Below, in pieces: positions 17,485-27,240 of a DNA stretch of 64,000 bases (its first letter is position 1; each line of letters starts with the position of its first letter). The translations under genes were made by a program, and so were the position numbers. Origin of the DNA: an uncultured Clostridia bacterium (GTDB lineage: Bacteria > Bacillota > Clostridia > Oscillospirales > CAG-272); NCBI GenBank assembly GCA_947630015.1, contig CANRFY010000002.1, positions 54,710-118,709 on the forward strand, given 5' to 3'. The notes under the pieces were generated by a model. The model saw only the letters and a list, made by a program, of their open reading frames with translations, did not search any database and was not told where the DNA came from.

Positions 17485-17748
17485 TTATTCAGAAAAGCCG
17501 GCCTCTACAAGCGCCACAAGTCCCTCGACCGCATCGTTTTCATCGATCCCGTTAGCAGTCACCGTGATCTCCGAGTCCTGATGTATACCGAGTGAGAGGA
17601 CGCCGAGCAGGCTTTTTGCGTTAACGCGTCCGCCCTCGCATTCGATCGAGATCGTGCTGATGTAGCTGTTCGCTTTTTGGATAAAATACGTCGCCGGTCT
17701 TGCGTGTAATCCGACGGCGTTTTCGACCTTTACGGTACGAGAAACCAT
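17485..17748 (-). CDS. ptsH: Phosphocarrier protein HPr
   Basis: 87 aa from the ATG at 17748, preceded by GGAGG: MVSRTVKVENAVGLHARPATYF (His15 site) and NAKSLLGVLSLG (Ser46 site). The track ORF start at 17847 runs through the promoter. Confidence 0.9.
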   Translation of the reverse strand: MVSRTVKVENAVGLHARPATYFIQKANSYISTISIECEGGRVNAKSLLGVLSLGIHQDSEITVTANGIDENDAVEGLVALVEAGFSE

Positions 17749-17818
17749 TTTCCTGCATCCTCCGCTGTGCGCGCAGAAGCCTGCGCGGCCAATCTTATTC
17801 GTGCTGAAACTTAAAAAT

Positions 17819-17847
17819 ATTATAGCAAACGCAATATACAAAATCAA
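17819..17847 (-). promoter_or_regulatory. Sigma-A-type promoter of ptsH (TTGATT-17-TATAAT)
   Basis: On the minus strand, the -35 is at 17842-17847 and the -10 at 17819-17824, with a 17-nt spacer. Confidence 0.6.
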
Positions 17848-17945
17848 TGGTAGATATTCATGTATTTTTCGCTTGCCCCTGTTGTCATTTTCGTCGTTTT
17901 TTCACGATATTAAATATATCGACGCAATAAATAAATTCTTCGGCG

Positions 17946-18467
17946 TCATTCTATTGCCGTAACGTCGAGGATCAGCGCCGTAACGGTGATCGAATCGCCC
18001 GCGAGCGTCATCTCGGCCCCGGGCAGGACCGCCTCCGTCCCGTCGGCGGCGTTTCTGCCGTCGACGGTAAAGATGCCGTCGCGGAACCGTCCTGTCAGAA
18101 TTATCGTGCATCTGACGTCTTTTCGGCCGTTTTCCTCGTCGTCATATGTGATATAAAGCTCGCCGGCCTCGTTTTCCGCGTATCTTTCCGCCGGCGTGAC
18201 CGAGCAGTCGCCGACGACGCCGACGGCGCCCGTCTCCCCGACCGAGAACGACGCGCCCTCGACGAAGTAATCCGACGACGTATCCTCGATATTTGAGATC
18301 AGCACCTGCACGACGGCTCTCGTATTTTCCGGCGACGATGCCAGAATGCCGTTTTTATCCGTCAGAACGTACCGTCCCGCGATTCCGGCTGCGGACGCCA
18401 GAACGAGGACTATGAGGAAAATATCCATGACGCCGAATTTCGGCATCGAACCCTTAATGTTTTTCAC
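17946..18467 (-). CDS. Small membrane-anchored protein, DUF4330-like (paralogue 2)
   Basis: Start assigned to the GTG at 18467, 5 nt after GGAGG. It has an N-terminal KGSMPKFGVMDIFLIVLVLASAAGIAG anchor and then a beta-rich domain. Size and architecture fit DUF4330. This is a family call from memory, not a search. Confidence 0.5.
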   Translation of the reverse strand: MKNIKGSMPKFGVMDIFLIVLVLASAAGIAGRYVLTDKNGILASSPENTRAVVQVLISNIEDTSSDYFVEGASFSVGETGAVGVVGDCSVTPAERYAENEAGELYITYDDEENGRKDVRCTIILTGRFRDGIFTVDGRNAADGTEAVLPGAEMTLAGDSITVTALILDVTAIE

Positions 18468-18478
18468 GTCTGCCTCCG

Positions 18479-18925
18479 TCACTTGCGCACGTTGATGCAC
18501 ACGCCCTCGAACAGAAATTCCGACGTATGCAGCACGAGTTCCTTTTCGGCGTAGATCTCATGACCGGCCACAAGGCCCGTTTCGTCCATCTCCGCCTCGA
18601 CGGTTATATACAGATCGAATCTGTTCGGCAGCGTCTGTCCCGTCGAGCCGAGGACCGCGTTCCGCTTTTCATATGCCGTGACGCGGCCGAGCGTCGTTCC
18701 GTCCTCGGCAAAAACAGTATCGCCCGCCGCGATCCGATCCGCAAGCTCGGAACGCACCGCCGACACCTTTACGACGTAATCGATCTCGAACGTATCGCCG
18801 CCCGCGCCCGCGAACGCGTATCTGTATATGAAGAATCCGAAAAGCACGATCACCGCAATGATCACAAGATCGGCCGCCGTGAACGGGAATCTCGCCCTGT
18901 CCGATTTAGTCTTTTCCAAGATCAT
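18479..18925 (-). CDS. Small membrane-anchored protein, DUF4330-like (paralogue 1)
   Basis: Start at ATG 18925 (MILEKTKSDRARFPFTAADLVIIAVIVLFGFFIY). The architecture matches the downstream gene. The track ORF start at 19054 overlaps the preceding gene. Confidence 0.5.
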   Translation of the reverse strand: MILEKTKSDRARFPFTAADLVIIAVIVLFGFFIYRYAFAGAGGDTFEIDYVVKVSAVRSELADRIAAGDTVFAEDGTTLGRVTAYEKRNAVLGSTGQTLPNRFDLYITVEAEMDETGLVAGHEIYAEKELVLHTSEFLFEGVCINVRK

Positions 18926-18938
18926 CACCCCGCAAAGC

Positions 18939-20780
18939 TCAAAATACGATATCAGCCTCTGCGCATTCGCCGTTTCCCGACACCGACGTCTGCTTATATT
19001 CGCGTTTTTGTTCGCCGTCGCCGCACGCCGAATACGCCGACAGCGCGCCCGCAAACAGCCAGAACAAGAGAAACATTCTGTCGTCGATCCAGATATAATT
19101 CGACATTCCCGAGAACAGCGCCGCGCACAGTCCGGCCGCGAACGCGCCCGAGATAAGGCTTCCGCGCTTCAGCGACGTAGCCGATCGCATTAAAAGCAGT
19201 GCCATCGCGGCTATGAACACGAACAGCCCCACGACGCCGAGTTCGACGCCGATCTCGAGCGGCAGGCTCTGCGCGTTCGTCGCCGACGCGCCGACGGGCG
19301 CGACTGCGTTATAGACTCCGGCGAAAACGCCGTCGGCGGTCCCGATCCCGCCGAGGATATTATCGGCGAAGATGCCGCACGCGCGCTGACGGATCAGCAC
19401 GCGTCCGCGCGTCGTGCGTCCCGTATTGTCGAGCAGGCCCGACAGCCACGAGCGCGCCGCGGGCGGCAGCGCGAGCGATACCGCCGGCACGAGTATAAAC
19501 AGCGCCGCCGGCACATACGCGAGCTTTATATTTATCATCATCATAAGCACCACGACGCCGGCGATCACGCCGAGCCACAGTCCGCGCGACATCGTCATGA
19601 CGGCGGCGGCGGTCACGAGTGCGGAGAAGAATATCATATTCACCCGCTTGCCTCCGCCGTGCTTCATCACATACGCCATCATCACCGGCAGCATCATCGC
19701 AAGATAATACGACGACTCGGACGCCGCCTCGAACACTCCCTCGCCGTATGCGTACAGATTATGCACATATGCGGAGCCGACGTCCGTCAGCGGCGGAAGA
19801 AACGGCGAGGCGAGCGAGACAAGACTGACGACGGCGAGCATCGACGCGCCGAACATCATCGCGCGCAGAAGGCGCGCGCGCCATTCCGCGTTCGTTATGA
19901 GATTGCACGAGAGAAAATACGACGTCATGAACACGACGCGGCGGATCGGGAACACGCCCTCGGCGCCTGCGCCGTAATGCACAAATCCGCCGAAAATATA
20001 CAAAATGAAGAACGAGAGCGCGAGCAGCGACGCCGCGTCGACGCGGAGCGTCCTGCGGCCGCACGCAAGCTTGCACAAGTACGAGACGAGGACCGCCGCC
20101 GTCGAGATCAGAAGCGCGCCGTCCCCGAGGAACGGAAACGCGGCGTAGATGAGGAGCATCCCCGTCTCGGGTCTCGCCATCACGACGTAGATGAGGACGG
20201 CGGACAAAAGCGCGCCTATTATCCTGTCGGGTGAAAAGTAAAATGTCAAAAGCCCCGCTATCATGCCGGACAGAAACGCCATATCGAGTCTCTGTATCGG
20301 CGGTCCCTTCACGGCGTCGGCGCTTTTTCGGAAGCCGAGTACGTCAAACGCTATATACGACGACAGCCTCCCCGTCGAGATCGCGGAAAATATCGTTTTT
20401 CCCGATGCGAGCAGCGGGATCGCCGCCGCCATCGCACACAGTCCGCCCACGAGCATATCCGTATCGGCCGTCAGCGACGAGGCGACGGCTCTTATCGCGA
20501 ATATCATCGCGGCGTAAAGTCCGAACGACAGAAGGAACACGCCGTATGTCCGCGCCGTTATGCGCGGCAGCGCCGCTCCCGCCGATCTGACGACTCTCAG
20601 AATCGCCGACCTCTCCACCGACTGCGACACCGCGCGCCGGAACCGTCCGGCGGCGCGCGTCGTATGAACGCGCGAGAGCTGACCGTATACGACGCTGCCG
20701 CGCCAGCTCTCTTCGATCTTGTCGTATGAGGTGAACAGTCTGCCGAAAAGGCCCGGCGTGCCGTTCGCTTCTTTTCTCAT
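18939..20780 (-). CDS. O-antigen ligase/polymerase-like (Wzy_C family) polytopic membrane protein
   Basis: 613 aa with more than 10 predicted TM helices and the Wzy_C-type loop motif MSRGLWLGVIAGVVVLMMM. Confidence 0.6.
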   Translation of the reverse strand: MRKEANGTPGLFGRLFTSYDKIEESWRGSVVYGQLSRVHTTRAAGRFRRAVSQSVERSAILRVVRSAGAALPRITARTYGVFLLSFGLYAAMIFAIRAVASSLTADTDMLVGGLCAMAAAIPLLASGKTIFSAISTGRLSSYIAFDVLGFRKSADAVKGPPIQRLDMAFLSGMIAGLLTFYFSPDRIIGALLSAVLIYVVMARPETGMLLIYAAFPFLGDGALLISTAAVLVSYLCKLACGRRTLRVDAASLLALSFFILYIFGGFVHYGAGAEGVFPIRRVVFMTSYFLSCNLITNAEWRARLLRAMMFGASMLAVVSLVSLASPFLPPLTDVGSAYVHNLYAYGEGVFEAASESSYYLAMMLPVMMAYVMKHGGGKRVNMIFFSALVTAAAVMTMSRGLWLGVIAGVVVLMMMINIKLAYVPAALFILVPAVSLALPPAARSWLSGLLDNTGRTTRGRVLIRQRACGIFADNILGGIGTADGVFAGVYNAVAPVGASATNAQSLPLEIGVELGVVGLFVFIAAMALLLMRSATSLKRGSLISGAFAAGLCAALFSGMSNYIWIDDRMFLLFWLFAGALSAYSACGDGEQKREYKQTSVSGNGECAEADIVF

Positions 20781-20820
20781 GACCGTTCGCTTCCTTTCTA
20801 TAATAATATCGGCAATAATA

Positions 20821-21543
20821 TCAGCGGATAACGCCGTCGTCCCCGTCCCGCTTCCGCAAAAGATCGGGACGCATCCGCTCCGTTGTGATCAGCGCCTGCT
20901 CGGCGCGCCATTTTTCGATATTTGCGTGATGCCCCGACAAAAGCACCTCCGGCACGGCGACTCCCCTGTAAACGGGCGGTCTCGTGTACTGCGGATATTC
21001 GAGCAGTCCGTCTGTCAAGCTCTCGCTTTCGTAACATACAGGCGAGGCCAGAACGCCGTCCACGAGCCTTCCGACGGCGTCCACAAGCACGCACGCCGCA
21101 AGCTCGCCGCCCGTCAGCACGTAATCCCCGATCGAAACGTATTCGTCGACGATCATATCGAGCGCGCGCTGATCGATCCCTTCATAATGGCCGCACAAAA
21201 TCACGATCGAATCGTACCCCGAAAGCTCGCGCGCCTTTTGCTCGGTCAAAACCTTCCCCTTCGGCGACATATACACCGTAAGCGAGCGTTTATCGGCTCC
21301 GATCTCGGCCTTGACGGCGTCGTAACAGTCGCAGACCGGCTGCGGCGACATCAGCATCCCCATGCCTCCGCCGTAAGGCGTATCGTCGACGCGGCGGTGG
21401 CGGTCGAGAGTATAATCGCGTATATTGTGCGTGCGGATGTCGAGGATGCCCGCCGCCCGCGCGCGTCCTATTATGCTTTCGCTCAAAACGCCGTCTACGA
21501 GATCGGGGAACAGCGTCATAATATCGAATCTCACGTCAGTCAA
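20821..21543 (-). CDS. trmD: tRNA (guanine37-N1)-methyltransferase TrmD
   Basis: 240 aa with FDIMTLFPDL, PYGGGMGMLM and ILCGHYEGIDQR, the SPOUT-knot TrmD blocks. It follows rimM. Confidence 0.95.
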   Translation of the reverse strand: MTDVRFDIMTLFPDLVDGVLSESIIGRARAAGILDIRTHNIRDYTLDRHRRVDDTPYGGGMGMLMSPQPVCDCYDAVKAEIGADKRSLTVYMSPKGKVLTEQKARELSGYDSIVILCGHYEGIDQRALDMIVDEYVSIGDYVLTGGELAACVLVDAVGRLVDGVLASPVCYESESLTDGLLEYPQYTRPPVYRGVAVPEVLLSGHHANIEKWRAEQALITTERMRPDLLRKRDGDDGVIR

Positions 21544-22048
21544 ACATTCCCTCTATCGGCAGAACGCGTATCTCCTCGTCCGTTATCTCTGCGATGAATT
21601 CAGGCACGGCGGGCATCATCCGCTCGCCGTTCGGCGTGTCGACGACATAGATGTCGGACGCGCCCGCGTTCGTTACGTCGGAAAGCGTGCCGATGCGCTC
21701 GCCGGTCTCGTCGTTTACGACCCGCATACCGATCAGGTCGGCGATGAATCTGTCGCCGGGGGCGAGGAATTTTGACAGCTCCTCGCGCGACGCGTATATT
21801 ATCTCGCCGCGCAGCGCGTTTGCGTCCTCGACGGTGTCGACGCCCTCGAGCCGCAGAAGCACGAAGCCCTTCTGTACGGACGCGCTGACGATCATGCGCT
21901 CGACGTATTCGCCGCGCGCCGCCGTGTATATACGCGAGAGCGAACGCAGTATCTCCGGCGAATCGCATTCGCTCCTCGCCTTTACGGCTCCGCGCACGCC
22001 GTGCGTGTTTATGATCTGTCCGCACCGCAGATACGGCGTCCGTTCCAT
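21536..22048 (-). CDS. rimM: 16S rRNA processing protein RimM
   Basis: 170 aa with GQIINTHGVRGAVK and a C-terminal PRC barrel (VVDTPNGERMMPAVPEFI). It overlaps the trmD start. Confidence 0.9.
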   Translation of the reverse strand: MERTPYLRCGQIINTHGVRGAVKARSECDSPEILRSLSRIYTAARGEYVERMIVSASVQKGFVLLRLEGVDTVEDANALRGEIIYASREELSKFLAPGDRFIADLIGMRVVNDETGERIGTLSDVTNAGASDIYVVDTPNGERMMPAVPEFIAEITDEEIRVLPIEGMFD

Positions 22049-22235
22049 AAATAAGCGCCTCCGTTCCGGCAGCAGTTGTAACTTTCTCTTATTTTATCAC
22101 AATCGCCGATATATTACAATATTGAATATCGAACTTTATTTCGCCGTTCGGCAGTTGTTTCTGACTATTGCAATTTGAAAATAAATGTAGTATTATTTAT
22201 GTAAGATCACAATATTAAACGAAAGGCAGCAAATC

Positions 22236-24278
22236 ATGAACGCTAAAAGATTTCTATCCCTGATTCTCGCCGTGCTTATGACGCTCTCCGTCGCGGCGTG
22301 CGGACCCGGCGCGCCCGCCGATACGGGCAGCGGCACCGGCACCGACGCGGGCAGCGTCACGGATGCGGCAGGCACCGATGCTCCCGACACAGCGGGTCCC
22401 GCTCAGACGCCCGAAGATCTCGACGTCGATTTCACCGTCACCGTCTCGCCTCTGAATCAGCAGACGAACAATGACGGCATATTCCAGGGCTGGGGTACGT
22501 CCCTCTGCTGGTGGGCTAACAGGATCGGCTATTCCGACACGCTCGCGCAGAAGGCCGCCGACGCATTTTACGGCGACGACGGACTTCGTATGAACATCAT
22601 GCGCTACAACATCGGCGGCGGCGACGATCCCACGCATACGCATATAACGCGCACCGACTCCGCCGTCCCGGGCTGGCTCTATCCCGACGGAAACGGCGGC
22701 TACGTCTACGACTATGACGCCGATCACAATCAGCTCAACGTGATGAAGCGCTGCGTCGACGCGGCCGGCGAGAACGCGCTCGTCGAGGTGTTCTCCAATT
22801 CGCCTCCGTATTTCATGACCGTCAGCGGCTGCTCCTCCGGCGGCAATCCCGCAGACGTCAATAACCTGAGAGACGACGCATACGCCGATTTTGCCGATTA
22901 TCTCGCGCACGTCGCCGACTACATCCAGAACACGATGGGCATCAAGATCGACAGCATCGCGCCCATGAACGAGCCTAACACCAACTACTGGGGAGCGTAC
23001 AGCCAAAAGCAGGAGGGCTGCCACTTCGACGCCGGCAAATCTCATTCGCTGATAATAACCGAGCTGTCGAAGGCGATGAAGAATTACGATCTCGACAACG
23101 TCATCATCTCCGCGTTCGACGAAACGAACACGAACACGATGCTCGTCGATTATTACAGCCTCCCGACTCCCACAAAATCGCTCGTCGGCAGATTCAACAC
23201 GCACACATACGGCACGGGCAGCATCGCCGAACTCGGTCAGCTCGCCCGCGACGAGGATTTCGTGCTTTGGATGAGCGAGGTTGACGGCGACGGCGTCGCC
23301 GGCGAGAATGCGCGCGAGATGGGTTCCGCCATCTGGTTCGGCGAGAAGATCATCTCCGACATCAACGCGCTTATGCCGTGCGGCTGGGTAATGTGGCAGG
23401 CGATCGACAACCACATCTCCAAGGACGGCTACAATGGCCGCACCGACTCGGGCATGGTCAATGTGAACGGCGGCTTCTGGGGACTCGCCGTCGCCAACCA
23501 CGACACCGAGGAGATAATCCTGACGCAGAAATATTACGGCATGGGTCAGTTCACGCGCTACATCCGCCCGGGCAGCACGCTCATCAGCTGCGGAGGCGAT
23601 TCCCTTGCGGCGTATGACAAGAACGCAAAGACGCTCACCATCGTCGCCATCAACCCGACGGCGAGCGAGCAGACCGTCTTCTTCGATCTGTCGCAGTTCG
23701 ATTCGATCGGCGGCAAGGTCAGCGTGATCAGAACGAGCGGCTCGTCCGCCAAGGGCGAGCAGTGGGCGGAGCTTGACGATATCGGCGCTTACGAAAACGG
23801 CTTTGCGGCCGAGCTTATCGGCAACTCCATCACGACGTTCGTCATGGAAAACGTCGAGATGGGCAGCTTCACGCTCGATGAGATCGATATGAGCGGCGCA
23901 TCCGTCACAGGCTCCGCGCCGTGGAACAACGGCAAGGTCGACGTTCCCGCGAACGTCGTCGACGGCAGCACGTCCACGTTCTTCGACGGCGTCGAGAACG
24001 GCTGGCTCGAGATCGACCTCGGCGAATCCGTCGCGTTCGACGTGATCGGATACGCTCCGCGCGCAAGCTATGAGAGCCGAATGGTGAGCGGCACGTTCTA
24101 CGGCTCCGACGACGGCGAGAACTGGACCGAGATCTTCACCGTCACCTCGACGCCGGCTGCGGGCATCAATTACGCGTTCGCGGAAGGATGCAGCTACCGC
24201 TACATCCGCTACGACGTCCCGACAGGCACCGGCGCGCTCTGCAATATCGCGGAGATCAAGCTGTATAAACGGACGTAA
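22236..24278 (+). CDS. Lipoprotein glycoside hydrolase family 30 (beta-1,6-galactanase/glucanase-like) with C-terminal F5/8 type C (CBM32-like) domain
   Basis: Lipobox LSVAAC at the N-terminus. GH30 blocks are FQGWGTSLCWWAN, NIMRYNIGGG, APMNEPN (acid/base region) and WMSEVD (nucleophile region). The C-terminal discoidin-like segment is NGWLEIDLGESVAFDVIGYAPR...GENWTEIF. Confidence 0.8.
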   Translation: MNAKRFLSLILAVLMTLSVAACGPGAPADTGSGTGTDAGSVTDAAGTDAPDTAGPAQTPEDLDVDFTVTVSPLNQQTNNDGIFQGWGTSLCWWANRIGYSDTLAQKAADAFYGDDGLRMNIMRYNIGGGDDPTHTHITRTDSAVPGWLYPDGNGGYVYDYDADHNQLNVMKRCVDAAGENALVEVFSNSPPYFMTVSGCSSGGNPADVNNLRDDAYADFADYLAHVADYIQNTMGIKIDSIAPMNEPNTNYWGAYSQKQEGCHFDAGKSHSLIITELSKAMKNYDLDNVIISAFDETNTNTMLVDYYSLPTPTKSLVGRFNTHTYGTGSIAELGQLARDEDFVLWMSEVDGDGVAGENAREMGSAIWFGEKIISDINALMPCGWVMWQAIDNHISKDGYNGRTDSGMVNVNGGFWGLAVANHDTEEIILTQKYYGMGQFTRYIRPGSTLISCGGDSLAAYDKNAKTLTIVAINPTASEQTVFFDLSQFDSIGGKVSVIRTSGSSAKGEQWAELDDIGAYENGFAAELIGNSITTFVMENVEMGSFTLDEIDMSGASVTGSAPWNNGKVDVPANVVDGSTSTFFDGVENGWLEIDLGESVAFDVIGYAPRASYESRMVSGTFYGSDDGENWTEIFTVTSTPAAGINYAFAEGCSYRYIRYDVPTGTGALCNIAEIKLYKRT

Positions 24279-24444
24279 CGTCAAAGGCGAAAAGGGCGGG
24301 CTTTCGGGTCCGCCCTTTCGGCCGCGATAAAATTTTCTCCCAAAATGTGCTTGCACCCCTTGTTTTTTTCACTCAGTTGAGATACAATAGAGGCGGTAAG
24401 CAAAAAAGACCATCAAAAATTATTTTTTCGGAGGTTTAATCACC

Positions 24445-25473
24445 ATGTCTGTTAAAGTTGCTATCAACGGCTTCGGCAGAATCGGCCGTCTTGCGTTCCG
24501 TCAGATGTTCAAGGCTCCCGGTTATGAAGTCGTAGCCATCAACGATCTTACCGATCCCGCTATGCTCGCTCACCTGCTCAAGTACGACACCGCTCAGGGC
24601 GGCTACTGCGGCAAGATCGGCGAACACGCGCACACCGTCGAGGCCGGCGAAGGCTGCATCATCGTCGACGGCACAAAGATCACGATATACAGCGAAAAGG
24701 ACGCCGCTAATCTGCCTTGGGGCGAGATCGGCGTTGACGTCGTTCTCGAATGCACCGGCTTCTACACCTCGAAGGCTAAGTCGCAGGCTCATATCGACGC
24801 AGGCGCTAAGAAGGTCGTTATCTCCGCTCCCGCGGGCAACGATCTGCCGACGATCGTTTACAGCGTAAACGAGAAGACGCTGACGAAGGACGACACCATC
24901 ATCTCCGCCGCATCCTGCACGACGAACTGCTTAGCTCCCATGGCTGACGCGCTCAATAAGTACGCGCCGATCCAGAGCGGCATCATGTCCACTATCCACG
25001 CTTACACCGGCGACCAGATGATCCTCGACGGCCCCCACAGAAAAGGCGATCTCCGCCGCGCTCGCGCAGGCGCTGCCAACATCGTTCCGAACTCCACCGG
25101 CGCGGCTAAGGCTATCGGCCTCGTAATTCCCGAGCTGAACGGCAAGCTCATCGGCTCCGCACAGCGCGTTCCCGTTACGACCGGTTCTACCACGATCCTC
25201 ACGGCTGTCGTTAAGGGCAAGGACGTCACGAAGGAAGGCATCAACGCCGCTATGAAGGCAGCCGCTTCCGAGTCCTTCGGCTACAACGAGGAGCCGATCG
25301 TTTCCTCCGACGTCGTAGGTATGCGTTTCGGTTCGCTCTTCGACGCTACGCAGACGATGGTAGCTAAGATCGACGACGACACATATCAGGTTCAGGTTGT
25401 TTCCTGGTACGACAACGAGAACTCCTACACGAGCCAGATGGTTCGCACGATCAAGTATTTCGCAGAGCTGTAA
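24445..25473 (+). CDS. gap: Glyceraldehyde-3-phosphate dehydrogenase
   Basis: 342 aa with [20 protein letters not shown] and the active site [12 protein letters not shown]. Confidence 0.97.
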   Translation: MSVKVAINGFGRIGRLAFRQMFKAPGYEVVAINDLTDPAMLAHLLKYDTAQGGYCGKIGEHAHTVEAGEGCIIVDGTKITIYSEKDAANLPWGEIGVDVVLECTGFYTSKAKSQAHIDAGAKKVVISAPAGNDLPTIVYSVNEKTLTKDDTIISAASCTTNCLAPMADALNKYAPIQSGIMSTIHAYTGDQMILDGPHRKGDLRRARAGAANIVPNSTGAAKAIGLVIPELNGKLIGSAQRVPVTTGSTTILTAVVKGKDVTKEGINAAMKAAASESFGYNEEPIVSSDVVGMRFGSLFDATQTMVAKIDDDTYQVQVVSWYDNENSYTSQMVRTIKYFAEL

Positions 25474-25496
25474 TTTCATAAGCGATAAAAAACCGA

Positions 25497-25530
25497 GCCG
25501 AGGGATCCCCGATCCCTCGGCTTTTTCTTC
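25497..25530 (+). terminator. Intrinsic terminator after gap
   Basis: Hairpin GCCGAGGGATC-ccc-GATCCCTCGGC followed by TTTTTCTTC. Confidence 0.8.
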
Positions 25531-25643
25531 GCCTACTTCACATCCGCGTCACAAAAAAGTCACGGCAAATTCAAGGCGTCGTTTTAAAATCTTAAGAATC
25601 GGACGGTAAAATAGTGCAAATCCGAGATGAGGAGCATTTTTTC

Positions 25644-27191
25644 ATGAGAATTTATAAGGTCGGATCGCTGCTCGCAGCCGCAGTCATATCTATGTCGATG
25701 TCGGTGTCGATGTCGTCGTGCGCGCGCGGCGGCGCTCACGATACAGAGACAAACCGCGCGGATACGCGGGAGACGCCCGATATAAACAGCGCGTTTTCGG
25801 CGCGCGATATGTCCGGCAGCTACGACGCGGACGAGGCGGTCAAGGTAGAACTGTCAAACGACGGATATTCGATCACGGAGGGCGGCGTCTATATCCTCAG
25901 CGGCAAATCCGAAATGCCCGTCACCGTCGACGCCGGCAAATCGGAAAAGGTGCAGATCGTGCTGTCCGGCGTCGAGATAACGGCGCATAATACGGCGGCG
26001 CTGTTCGTGAACAGTGCCGATAAGGTGTTCGTCACGCTCGCGGAAGACACGGAAAACACGCTTTCGAGCGTCGGCGAGTTCGTCTCCGACGGGGACGTAA
26101 ACATCGACGGCGCGATCTTCGCCCGCGACGATATAACAATAAACGGCAGCGGCTCCCTCACAGTCGTTTCCGAATGCGGTCACGGCATCGTCGCAAAGGA
26201 CGAGATCACGATAACGGGCGGCTCTCTCAGCGTCACGGCGCAGTCGCACGCGATCGATGTAAACGATGCGGCCAATATCGCTGACGGCACGCTGACGCTC
26301 ATTTCCGGCAAGGACGGCATCCACGCCGAAAACGACGACGACGATACGCTCGGGAACGTCCTTGTCGCCGGCGGCGTCATTTCGATCACATCGGGCGACG
26401 ACGGCATCCACGCCTCCGGCGCGGTCACGATCGCGGACGGCGATATCGTCGTCACCGAAAGCCACGAGGGCATCGAGGGCGCGGCGATAACGGTTTCCGG
26501 CGGCAATGTCGAGGTGACCGCGGACGACGACGGCTTCAACGCCGCCGACGGCAGCGGCAGCGGCGAAATGTTCGGCGGACGCGGCGGCTTCGGACGCGGC
26601 GATATGCCCGAGCAGGGCGGCTCCTCCGCTTATATTTCGATCACGGGCGGCAGCATCCGCATAAATGCGGACGGCGACGGCCTCGACTCGAACGGCTCGC
26701 TTTATGTGTCTGGCGGCGTCACTTACGTCGACGGCCCCGAAAACAGCGGCAACGGCGCTCTTGACTGCGGCGGCGACGCCGTTATCACCGGCGGCGTCGT
26801 GATCGCCTCGGGCGCGTCGGGAATGGCGCAGAGCTTCGGCCCATCCTCGACGCAATGCTCAATCTTATATAATTTCAGCGCGCAGTCGTCGGGTCAGATC
26901 GTCCTGCGCGATCAAAACGGCGATACGGTCGCGTCGTTCACGCCGGCGAAAACGTACAACTCCGTCGTCATCAGCGCGCCCGCGCTCGCGATCGGCGAAA
27001 CGTATACGCTCGAGGCGTGCGGACAGAGCGTGTCCGTCACGCTCGATTCGGCACAGTTCACGGGCGGCTCCGCCTCGTGGGGATTCCCCGGCGGAGGCTC
27101 GCAGTGGGGAAACCGCCGTCCGGACGGCGGCGAACCGCCGATGGGGGGCGAACCGCCGGCAGGCGGCTCCTTTGACAGACGCCCGAGATAG
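25644..27191 (+). CDS. Cthe_2159-family (PF14262-like) carbohydrate-binding beta-helix lipoprotein
   Basis: Start at ATG 25644 (MRIYKVGSLLAAAVISMSMSVSMSSC, lipobox). Repetitive beta-helix blocks include KVQIVLSGVEITAHNTAALFVNSADKVFVTLAEDTENTL, DDITINGSGSLTV and ITITGGSLSV. The tail is Gly/Pro-rich. Confidence 0.8.
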   Translation: MRIYKVGSLLAAAVISMSMSVSMSSCARGGAHDTETNRADTRETPDINSAFSARDMSGSYDADEAVKVELSNDGYSITEGGVYILSGKSEMPVTVDAGKSEKVQIVLSGVEITAHNTAALFVNSADKVFVTLAEDTENTLSSVGEFVSDGDVNIDGAIFARDDITINGSGSLTVVSECGHGIVAKDEITITGGSLSVTAQSHAIDVNDAANIADGTLTLISGKDGIHAENDDDDTLGNVLVAGGVISITSGDDGIHASGAVTIADGDIVVTESHEGIEGAAITVSGGNVEVTADDDGFNAADGSGSGEMFGGRGGFGRGDMPEQGGSSAYISITGGSIRINADGDGLDSNGSLYVSGGVTYVDGPENSGNGALDCGGDAVITGGVVIASGASGMAQSFGPSSTQCSILYNFSAQSSGQIVLRDQNGDTVASFTPAKTYNSVVISAPALAIGETYTLEACGQSVSVTLDSAQFTGGSASWGFPGGGSQWGNRRPDGGEPPMGGEPPAGGSFDRRPR

Positions 27192-27198
27192 ATCAAAT

Positions 27199-27240
27199 AA
27201 ACGCGCTGCGCGGCGAGTATTCGCCGCGCAGCGCGTTTTT
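27199..27240 (+). terminator. Intrinsic terminator after the Cthe_2159-like gene
   Basis: 18-bp stem AAACGCGCTGCGCGGCGA-gtat-TCGCCGCGCAGCGCGTTT running into a T-tract. Confidence 0.85.

Noticed and set aside
22254-24356. 700-aa minus-strand ORF antisense to the GH30 gene
   Set aside because: Its composition is Arg/Ala/Gly/Val-rich low-complexity sequence, typical of antisense frames in GC3-biased genes. It has no recognisable motifs, whereas the plus-strand frame has clear GH30/CBM32 blocks, a lipobox and an RBS.
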